NCBI RefSeq assembly: GCF_051861465.1 | Contig: NZ_JBHYCQ010000007.1 | Span: 140,321-204,320 of the forward strand | Reading direction: 5' to 3' | Origin: Methyloversatilis sp. | GTDB taxonomy: Bacteria > Pseudomonadota > Gammaproteobacteria > Burkholderiales > Rhodocyclaceae | Length of the DNA stretch: 64,000 nt | Shown here: positions 27,165 through 34,715 of the stretch, piece after piece | Numbering within the stretch: the stretch's first letter is position 1 | Layout of the letters: each line of letters starts with the position of its first letter | Position numbers and translations under genes: made by a program | The notes under the pieces: generated by a model | The model's database searches: none | Seen by the model: only the letters and a program-made list of their open reading frames with translations | Told to the model about the DNA's origin: nothing

Positions 27165-28205
27165 ATGGCCAGCCAACGCCGCCGCAGGAACAAGGACACA
27201 GGGCTGGTCGCGCTGTTGCTCGATTCACCGTGGTATGTCAGCGTGATCTTCGGCGTCGCCATCCTCGTCGGCTTCAAGCAGATCCTGCCTTCGATGTGGA
27301 AGGACAACCCCATCCTCACGACCGTTGCGACGGCGCTGTCGAACATGGCCTGGCTGCTTGCCGGCATCTGCTTCCTGCTGGGCGCGCTCGTATTCGTGAA
27401 GACGGTCGTGATGCGCGCCGGCGCGGCGCCGGCGCCCGAACCGGCAGACCGGGGGACCCGGGCGTCGCGGCCGAGGCGGGCGCCCGATGGCGTGGCCTCG
27501 AACCGCTCCGGATCCGTGTCGGGGACGGAGGGGGTCGGTGCGCCGGGCGCCCGCGCGGCTGCGCCAGGTGCAGCGGCGTCGCCCGCACCCGCATCCTCGC
27601 CCTTACCTTCCATTTCTCCCTCTGCCGAGGCGTGGTCGATCGAACTGATGCGCGCCATCGAATGGAAGCGCTTCGAAGACCTGTGCCAGAAGTTTTATGA
27701 AATCAAGGGCATCCGGAGCGTCACCACGCCGCTCGGCCCGGACGGCGGCATCGACGTCCGCCTGTTCCAGGACGCCTCGGACCGCGCCACCTCGATCGTG
27801 CAGTGCAAGGCGTGGGGCGAACGTTTCGTCGGCGTGAAGCCGGTGCGCGAATTGCTCGGTGTCATGACGCATGAAAAGGTCGCCAAGGCCTTCTTCATGA
27901 CGAGCAGCCGGTTTTCCGACGACGCAAAGGCGTTCGCGCGCAGCAACCGCATCACGCTGATCGATGGCGACATGTTCCTGATGATGATCAATCGTCTGCC
28001 CGCCGCCTCTGCCGAAGCGCTGCTGCGCTTTGCCACCGCCGGCGACTACGGCACGCCGACCTGCCCCAAATGCGGACAGAAGATGAAGGCAGTCGCGGGG
28101 CGCGAGGGGCGTCCTGATTTCTGGGGCTGCACTGCCTATCCGCGCTGCCGTCAGCGCCTCGGCATGCGTCGGGATGATGCAGCGGCCGCGGTCAGCGCGA
28201 CCTGA
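27165..28205 (+). CDS. Membrane-anchored Mrr-family restriction endonuclease with a topoisomerase-type Zn ribbon
   Basis: Two TM segments; FEDL, DGGID...IVQCK (Mrr catalytic); CPKCG...FWGC..YP.C. Confidence 0.88.
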   Translation: MASQRRRRNKDTGLVALLLDSPWYVSVIFGVAILVGFKQILPSMWKDNPILTTVATALSNMAWLLAGICFLLGALVFVKTVVMRAGAAPAPEPADRGTRASRPRRAPDGVASNRSGSVSGTEGVGAPGARAAAPGAAASPAPASSPLPSISPSAEAWSIELMRAIEWKRFEDLCQKFYEIKGIRSVTTPLGPDGGIDVRLFQDASDRATSIVQCKAWGERFVGVKPVRELLGVMTHEKVAKAFFMTSSRFSDDAKAFARSNRITLIDGDMFLMMINRLPAASAEALLRFATAGDYGTPTCPKCGQKMKAVAGREGRPDFWGCTAYPRCRQRLGMRRDDAAAAVSAT

Positions 28206-28911
28206 CGGCGTCTTGCAGCGCGTGTGCGAGTTCGATGACGCTGTCGACCGCGATATCCACCGGCACCCCGGGTTTCGATTCGCCACGTCCCGGGCCGTGC
28301 TCGTCCGGGCGGGCGATGAAGGCGGTGCGCAACCCGGCGGCCGCGGCGCCGGCCAGGTCGGACGAATGGGCGGCAACCATCATCGTCTGTCCGGGAGCGA
28401 GGTCGAAGGCGTCGGCGGCCGAGCGGTAGACGATGGCCTTGGGCTTGTAGTCGCGCGCCAGTTCGGCACCGGTGATGGCGTCCCACGGAAAGTCGTTGCG
28501 TCGCGCGAGATCGACCATCAGCGCGATGTGGCCGTTGGAACACGGCGCGAGCCGGTAATGCGGGCGCAGTGCGGCGAGCCCGGCGGCCACATCGGGCCAG
28601 GCGTCGAGCCGGTGCCAGGCGAGCGTGAGTGCATGTCGCGTGGCCTCGTCGGCGCGCCCGGCGCCGAACGCGGTCAGCACGATATCGAGATTGCGCCGGT
28701 GCAGCGCGTCGAGCTTCATGAAGGGCAACCGGCCCGCCCTGACCTCTTCCATCGCCGGCTGGTATTCCGCGCGCCAGGCATCCGCCAGCGCCGGCCCGTC
28801 CACGTCGATGCCGGCCTGCCCGAGCAGCATCTCCGCCTCGCGCGCGATCGCCGTGCGCCAGTCGACCAGCGTGCCGAACACATCGAACACCAGCGCCTTC
28901 ACGTCATGCAT
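28192..28911 (-). CDS. Haloacid dehalogenase type II (HAD)
   Basis: FDVFGTLVDW, SNG, YKPK, AAHSSDL. Confidence 0.92.
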   Translation of the reverse strand: MHDVKALVFDVFGTLVDWRTAIAREAEMLLGQAGIDVDGPALADAWRAEYQPAMEEVRAGRLPFMKLDALHRRNLDIVLTAFGAGRADEATRHALTLAWHRLDAWPDVAAGLAALRPHYRLAPCSNGHIALMVDLARRNDFPWDAITGAELARDYKPKAIVYRSAADAFDLAPGQTMMVAAHSSDLAGAAAAGLRTAFIARPDEHGPGRGESKPGVPVDIAVDSVIELAHALQDAVRSR

Positions 28912-28997
28912 CGCCGTCTCCAGCCAGATTCAAAAGGTGCAGCTTAACGAAGTGCCGACGGCGGCGCCTTCACTGCAATAAGCTGGTGCGGGTGGGT

Positions 28998-29275
28998 CTG
29001 AGGGGTGCCCGTTCTGGCTGAGGGGTGCTGGCATTGGCTGTGGGAGCGGCGATCCACTGCTGGCCCTGCATGGCCAGCCGGCTCTGCGGGCGGCGAGCAG
29101 TGCTCGCCGAAACCCCCGCTCCGCCCTCGCCGCGATACGCACTCTGCACAACGACGGTCGCGGCACTGATCGCGGCGGGGCCGCCGCTCCCACAGGGCGC
29201 TTCTTCCACGGGGCGCCTGTCCCACACGGGCGCTGCTCCCACCGGGACCGCGCACAGGGGCCGCGCTCCCCTACG
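28998..29275. repeat. REP doublet (29040-29193) with a 71-bp insert, flanked by ladders of truncated REP heads
   Basis: GTGG-GA-GCGGCG [71 bp] GCCCT-CGCCGC-GAT, the shared spacer, then an inverted REP; 20-bp units on the left and 13-18-bp GTGG/GTAG stubs on the right. Confidence 0.85.
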
Positions 29276-29281
29276 AACCGC

Positions 29282-30073
29282 TCAGGGCTGGCGCGTCACG
29301 GCGGCGCGGATGTCGGTGAGCTTGGCACGGACGCGTTCCGCGTTGGCTTCCCCCATGCGCAGCATGATTTTCTGCCCCTCCGACAGCTTTTCCAGTTCCG
29401 GGTCGGCAAAGGTGTAGAGCACCTTGGGCTGCTTCAACCGGATCGGTGTGGGCACGACCGGCGTGGCGAGCAGGTGGTCGATCACTTCGACCAGGCGATT
29501 GTTGAAATAGCCATTCGGGTAGCCCAACTCGACGTACTGCTGCTGGAACATCGGGTAGTGGCGCACGTACAGATCGACCAGGTGCGTAGTGGGCACCATG
29601 TCGGCCAGCTGCACATACACGTCATAGCGTGCGCCGTTGGTGGCGTCGAGCGTCAGCGTGTCGCCGCTGCCGGCGGTCACAGGCGCGCCCGGCACCGGCT
29701 TGACCGGCATCAGCCGCCGCGTCACCCGTTCGCGCGGCAGGTTGTCGATGGTGACGACGATGCGGCGCACGATGTCGGTCGAACTGAAATACTTGTCGAA
29801 CGAGGCGCCGAACAGGCCGGCCAGTCCGTCGCGCATCACGACGTCGCTGTCGACCGGGGCGGCATCGGGTGACGCCGGAGCAACGTCGGGCGGCGGTGCG
29901 ATCGGATAGTTCGGAACCTCGACCGGCGTTTCGGCCGGCGCAGGTTCCGCCGGCGGCGCGACCGCCACCGACGGTGCATCGGCAGGCGGCGATTCCTTCT
30001 GCATATATGTATACAGCGCAGCCGCGCCGGCCAGTACCACGACAACCAGCGCGCCCTTTGTCCATGTGTTCAT
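29282..30073 (-). CDS. DUF3014-family membrane-anchored protein
   Basis: N-terminal TM, Pro-rich linker, RRIVVTIDNLP, YLELGYP-like motif, GQKIMLRMG. Confidence 0.85.
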   Translation of the reverse strand: MNTWTKGALVVVVLAGAAALYTYMQKESPPADAPSVAVAPPAEPAPAETPVEVPNYPIAPPPDVAPASPDAAPVDSDVVMRDGLAGLFGASFDKYFSSTDIVRRIVVTIDNLPRERVTRRLMPVKPVPGAPVTAGSGDTLTLDATNGARYDVYVQLADMVPTTHLVDLYVRHYPMFQQQYVELGYPNGYFNNRLVEVIDHLLATPVVPTPIRLKQPKVLYTFADPELEKLSEGQKIMLRMGEANAERVRAKLTDIRAAVTRQP

Positions 30074-30230
30074 CGGAAGTCCTCCCGTTTTTGTTTGAAT
30101 GTCGACGATTGACCCGGGATGCTTCACTTGATTTCCCACTGAAGCATGTCGGGATGTAACGCGTTGCCAGCTCAAGGGCCTTCCATTGGACCTACCATCC
30201 ACCTTTGGACACCGCTTACGGAACACCGCC

Positions 30231-31112
30231 ATGAACGACAGCCCGATCGAACTTGTCATCGCCGCGCGCCACGCCGACCTGGGCAATGGCCTCGTGGTGC
30301 GCCGCGTGCTGCCGTTTTCGAAGCGGCGCATGGTCGGGCCCTTCATCTTCCTCGACCACGCAGGGCCGCTGACCATCGCCGCCGACGCCGTGCGCGCCGC
30401 CGACGTGCGGCCGCATCCGCACATCGGCCTGTCGACGGTGAGCTATCTGCTCGGCGGCCAGATGACGCATCGCGACAGTCTGGGCGTCACGCAGGTGATC
30501 CGCCCGGGCGAGGTGAACTGGATGACGGCCGGGCGCGGCATTTCGCATTCGGAGCGCTTCGAGCACCCGGCGTCGTTCGCCGGCGGCGGCCTGGAACTGC
30601 TGCAGTCGTGGGTGGCGCTGCCGGAGGCCGACGAAGAGTGCGACCCGGCGTTCGACACCTATCCGGCCGACGCGCTGCCGGTGGCTGACGAGAACGGCGT
30701 CTGGATGCGCCTCATCGCGGGCGAGGCGTACGGCTTGCGCAGCCCGGTCAGGACGCATTCACCGCTGTTCTACGCGCATGCCGCGCTGCAGCCGGGCGCG
30801 CGTCTGGCGCTGCCTGACGCGCACGCCGAGCGGGCCCTCTATGTCGTGTCGGGCAGCATCGACATCGCCGGCCACACCTTCACCGCCGGCCAGATGGCCG
30901 TTTTCGCGCACGACGCCGACTGCACGCTGCAGGCGATCGAGCCTTCGACCGTCACGCTGCTCGGCGGTGAACCGGTCGGCCCGCGGCACATCTGGTGGAA
31001 CTTCGTGTCGTCGCGCAAGGCGCGCATCGAACAGGCCAAGGCCGACTGGCAGGCCGGGCGTATCGCCTTGCCGCCGCACGACAATCAGGAATGGATTCCG
31101 CTGCCGGGGTGA
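30231..31112 (+). CDS. Pirin family protein
   Basis: GPFIFLDH, HPHIG, HRDSLG, WMTAGRGISHSE. Confidence 0.95.
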   Translation: MNDSPIELVIAARHADLGNGLVVRRVLPFSKRRMVGPFIFLDHAGPLTIAADAVRAADVRPHPHIGLSTVSYLLGGQMTHRDSLGVTQVIRPGEVNWMTAGRGISHSERFEHPASFAGGGLELLQSWVALPEADEECDPAFDTYPADALPVADENGVWMRLIAGEAYGLRSPVRTHSPLFYAHAALQPGARLALPDAHAERALYVVSGSIDIAGHTFTAGQMAVFAHDADCTLQAIEPSTVTLLGGEPVGPRHIWWNFVSSRKARIEQAKADWQAGRIALPPHDNQEWIPLPG

Positions 31113-31137
31113 AGTTGGAGTGGGGAGCCAGCTTGAG

Positions 31138-31238
31138 CTGAGGGGTGCTGGCTTTGGCTGTGGGATGCTGGCTCTGGCTGTGGGATGCTGGCTCTGGCTG
31201 TGGGAGGGGCGACTCCCCACAGGTGCCGCCCCCACAGC
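31138..31238 (+). repeat. Three tandem 20-bp units leading into a collapsed REP remnant
   Basis: CTGAGGGGTGCTGGCTTTGG, then CTGTGGGATGCTGGCTCTGG x2, then CTGTGGGAGGGGCGACTCCCCACAG. Confidence 0.8.
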
Positions 31239-31251
31239 AGATGGAACCGGT

Positions 31252-32931
31252 TCAGCCCGGCACCAGCTTCCGGTTGGCTGCGCCGGGCAACATGCGCAGC
31301 GCGGGGCCGTTTGCCACAGTGTAGGTGCGGCTCTTCACCGTGCTGACATAGCGCCATTCGGCGCGGCAGGACTGCGCGGTGACGGTGACCAGCATGAAGC
31401 CGCGGCGCGCCGTGTCGGCGTACTGCAGCGGGCCGATGATCTGGGTCAGCCCGGCGGCCACGGCGAGCGGATTTTCGGCCGGGAAGTATTCTTCGAAGCC
31501 GGGCGAGGTGACCGACGACGTGGCGAATTCGACGCCGACGCGATTGCCGGCGAAATCGGTCAGATCGCTGGCCCAGGCGTTGTGCGTGTCGCCGGCCAGG
31601 ACGACCAGATTCTTGTCCAGCGCGCGGGCAGTGCCGAGCAGGGTTTCGCGGGCGATGGCGTAACCGTCCCAGGCGTCGAGGTTGTACGGAATCGCCGGCT
31701 GCGCGAGCACGAATTGCTCCTGCGGCGTCAGCGTGGCGGGCGCGGTCTGCGCCTTGAACACGAGCGCGCTGTAGTCCGTGAAGCTGATCTGGCCCAGCAC
31801 CAGCGGCGCCGGAATGTTCATGCGGCCCATCAGCACCTGCTGGCCGAGCATGTCCCACGTGGTGTCCGACTGCGCCAGTTGCAGGCCCAGCCAGTCGCCC
31901 TGTTCGGCGCCGAGCAGCGTGCGGTTCGGGTCGGTCAGATCGGCGGTGAAGCGCGCGGTGTCGAAGCCGCTGGTGCCGAAGTAATTCGCGTAATCCATCT
32001 GCTGGTCGCGACCGATGACGCGGGTGTCCAGCATGTGCAGCGACAGCAGGTTGCCGAAGCGGAAGCTGCGGTAGATGCGGTCCGGGCGCGCCGGATCCGG
32101 CAGGCGGGTCGGCATCCACTCGTGATACGCGCGGATGGCCGCGGCGCGACGATCGGCGAACGCACCCTCGACGCCTTCGGTGTGGTTTTCCGCGCCTTCG
32201 CGCCAGGTGTCGTTGGTGATTTCGTGGTCGTCCCACACCGCGATGACCGGCAGCGCGGCGTGCAGCGCCTGCAGATCGACGTCTGTGCGGTACTGCGCGT
32301 GACGGATGCGGTAGTCGTCCAGCGTGATGATTTCGTCGGCCGGCTCGGACACGCGGCCCAGCGCGGCGGCGTCCTGCGAGGCGTAACCGCTGCGCGCGTA
32401 TTCGTAGATGTAGTCGCCCAGATGCACGGCCGCGTGCAGATCGTTCAGCTTCGCCACTTCGGCATATACGTTGAAGTAGCCGGCCGGGAAGTTGGAACAG
32501 GACAGCACGGCCAGCTTGATCTGGTCGATGGCGCCGGCCGGCAGCGTGCGCGTGCGCCCGGCCGGCGACAGCTGGCCGTCGGCGCGGAAGCGGTAGTGCA
32601 GGCGGGCATTCGCCGGCAGGCCCAGCACGTCGGCCTTCACCGTGTAGTCGATGTCGGCGCCGGTCAGCACGCGGCCGCGGCGGATGATGCGCGCGAAGGC
32701 GGCGTCGAGCGCCACTTCCCACAGCACGGCGACCGTGCCCGGACGGGTCGGCGTGACGCGGGTCCAGATGATGACGCGGTCGGTCAGCGGATCACCGCTC
32801 GCCACACCGTGCTGGAACAGGCTGCCGGGTGCGGCCAGCGCACTGGCCGAGCGGACGACGGCCGAACCGGCGAGCGCGCCGGCACCGACGCCGCGCATGA
32901 AGTCGCGGCGGGAAAACATATTGCTGGGCAT
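31252..32931 (-). CDS. phoD: Alkaline phosphatase D, Tat-exported
   Basis: SRRDF Tat motif; FQHGVASGDP, HLGDYIYE, WDDHE, LDTR, DAWDGY, GDTH. Confidence 0.95.
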   Translation of the reverse strand: MPSNMFSRRDFMRGVGAGALAGSAVVRSASALAAPGSLFQHGVASGDPLTDRVIIWTRVTPTRPGTVAVLWEVALDAAFARIIRRGRVLTGADIDYTVKADVLGLPANARLHYRFRADGQLSPAGRTRTLPAGAIDQIKLAVLSCSNFPAGYFNVYAEVAKLNDLHAAVHLGDYIYEYARSGYASQDAAALGRVSEPADEIITLDDYRIRHAQYRTDVDLQALHAALPVIAVWDDHEITNDTWREGAENHTEGVEGAFADRRAAAIRAYHEWMPTRLPDPARPDRIYRSFRFGNLLSLHMLDTRVIGRDQQMDYANYFGTSGFDTARFTADLTDPNRTLLGAEQGDWLGLQLAQSDTTWDMLGQQVLMGRMNIPAPLVLGQISFTDYSALVFKAQTAPATLTPQEQFVLAQPAIPYNLDAWDGYAIARETLLGTARALDKNLVVLAGDTHNAWASDLTDFAGNRVGVEFATSSVTSPGFEEYFPAENPLAVAAGLTQIIGPLQYADTARRGFMLVTVTAQSCRAEWRYVSTVKSRTYTVANGPALRMLPGAANRKLVPG

Positions 32932-33087
32932 GGGAGCACTCCGGGCGATGAATGGCCGCGAGTGTGGTGAGCGCCGGTGACACACCGATGACGGATTGTT
33001 GACGACAGCTTCAGCCAGGCGACACGCCGCTGTCACACGCGCGCTCTATCGTCGGCGGCAATCTCGTCACCTTCCGGAACACGCCCG

Positions 33088-33660
33088 ATGAACAAAGTCC
33101 TGCTGGCGCTCTGCGCTGCCTTCTCGATCGCCCTGCCCGCCCACGCCGTCACGCTCGAAAGCGCCACACTGAACGGCAATCTGCTTGACGCGTCGTTCAG
33201 CACGCCGTCGCTGATCGCACTCGACATTTCGCTGCTGAACAGCGATCCGCTGAGCTTCAGCTTCGTGCTCGACGCCGACGACATCACGGCCGGCGGCGTC
33301 GATGTGAACGCCATCCTGCGCGACGTCAGCGGCTTCGGCATCGGATCCTTCACGCTGACGACCGGTGGCGCACCGATCTCGGTGGTGACCGGTTCGTTGC
33401 TCGCCACCACGGTGAACGGTGATCTGCTGTCCAGCGACTACTTCGCCGGCGCACCGGTGGCCGAGTTCTACTTCGGCAACCCCTTCCTCGAAGACGGCCT
33501 GGTCGACTGGCGCATCGGCTTCTCCGGCCTGTCCGCAGGCGACCGCTTCACCCTCGACCTCGCCACCACCCCCGCCGTGCCGGAGCCGCGCGAATGGATG
33601 CTGATGCTCGCCGGCATCGGTCTGATCGGCGTCAGCGCCGCGCGCAAGCTGGGCCGCTGA
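33088..33660 (+). CDS. PEP-CTERM protein
   Basis: Signal peptide ending AHA; VPEPREWMLMLAGIGLIGVSAARK tail. Confidence 0.9.
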   Translation: MNKVLLALCAAFSIALPAHAVTLESATLNGNLLDASFSTPSLIALDISLLNSDPLSFSFVLDADDITAGGVDVNAILRDVSGFGIGSFTLTTGGAPISVVTGSLLATTVNGDLLSSDYFAGAPVAEFYFGNPFLEDGLVDWRIGFSGLSAGDRFTLDLATTPAVPEPREWMLMLAGIGLIGVSAARKLGR

Positions 33661-33729
33661 ACAGCGCGAAACGATGCGGGAAAGGCCGCCTGACCCGCAA
33701 ACTCGCCAATCCGTGTCGTCAACGCGTCG

Positions 33730-34049
33730 ATCGCGGACGGGGTCCGCTCCTACGAAAGGCAACCCCGTCGCGCTTTCGTAGGAGCCATCCACGGCCGGCC
33801 TTGCATGGCCGGCCGGCTCTGCGGGCGGCGAGCGATGCTCGCCGAAACCCCCGCGCCGCCCCCGCAGGCGAATCCCGTCTCCGAAACAGCGACGTCGCGT
33901 GATCGACGCACCGATCGCGGAAAGGTCCGCTCCTACGAAGGGCAACCCCGTCCCGGTTTTCGTAGGAGCTTGCCCTGCAGGCGATCCCGGTCTTCGAAAT
34001 ACGACGTCGCGTGATCGACACGCGAATCGCGGACAGGGTCCGCTCCTGC
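33730..34049. repeat. BIME-like array of five GTAG-class REPs upstream of the RAYT
   Basis: Alternating inverted GTAG-GA-GCGGAC-nnn-GTCCGC-GAT (33730-53, 33914-36, 34026-49) and forward GTAG-GA-GCYTGC-CCY-GCAGGC-GAT (33778-, interrupted; 33962-85), with repeated spacers. Confidence 0.9.
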
Positions 34050-34092
34050 GAAAAACATCGCCGATCTCGCGCAGGTAAAATATGCTTTATGG

Positions 34093-34536
34093 ATGCTGAA
34101 CTCACCGCATCAAAGCCGCCTTCGGATCGGTCGCCACTCCATCGCGGGGCAGGTCTATCACGTGACGATCGTGACCCGCGACCGCATTGCCTTCTTCGCT
34201 GATCTCCGGAATGCGCGCACAACGGTGCTGACGCTGCGCGCCGCGTCGGACCTCGGCGATGCGGAGACGCTGGCCTATGTGCTGATGCCGGAGCACCTGC
34301 ATTGGTTGATGATGCTCGGACCACACCGACCCTTGCACCGCGTGGTGCATGCGTTCAAATCCGTCAGCGCCCACCGGGTCGGTCAACCTGTCTGGCAGCG
34401 CAGCTTCCACGACCACGCCCTGCGGTCCGACGAAGACTGCGTCGTCGCCGCGCGTTACATCATCGCCAACCCGGTGCGACGCGGTCTGGTCGAGCGAGTG
34501 GGCGACTATCCGCACTGGGACGCTGTCTGGCTTTAG
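34093..34536 (+). mobile_element. rayT: REP-associated tyrosine transposase (RAYT/TnpA-REP, HUH Y1 family)
   Basis: YHVT, MPEHLH (HUH), WQRSFHDH, YIIANPVRRGLV, DYPHW; REPs on both sides. Confidence 0.93.
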
Positions 34537-34552
34537 TGGGCGCCGATCAGCC

Positions 34553-34638
34553 ATCGCGGACAGGGTCCGCTCCTACGAAAAACGTCGACGTTGGCCGATG
34601 CCTTGCCGCTTTTCGTAGGGGCCTGCCCCGCAGGCGAT
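34553..34638. repeat. GTAG REP pair downstream of the RAYT
   Basis: Inverted GCGGAC-type copy at 34553-76; forward GTAG-GG-GCCTGC-CCC-GCAGGC-GAT at 34615-38. Confidence 0.9.
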
Positions 34639-34715
34639 CCAGCCCACAAACACGCGCCATCGCGTGATCACCGCGCAGATCGCAGCGTGTCGAGGACACC
34701 GCCGCTATCCCGCCA

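Noticed and set aside
31138-31205. 20-bp direct repeats as a mini CRISPR array
   Set aside because: The units are contiguous with no unique spacers, there are no cas genes, and they match REP-head stubs.
33787-33857. The 71-bp insert as a hammerhead ribozyme (hairpin followed by GAAAC)
   Set aside because: The required CUGANGA core reads CUGCGGG, and no stem I/III with an NUH site could be built.
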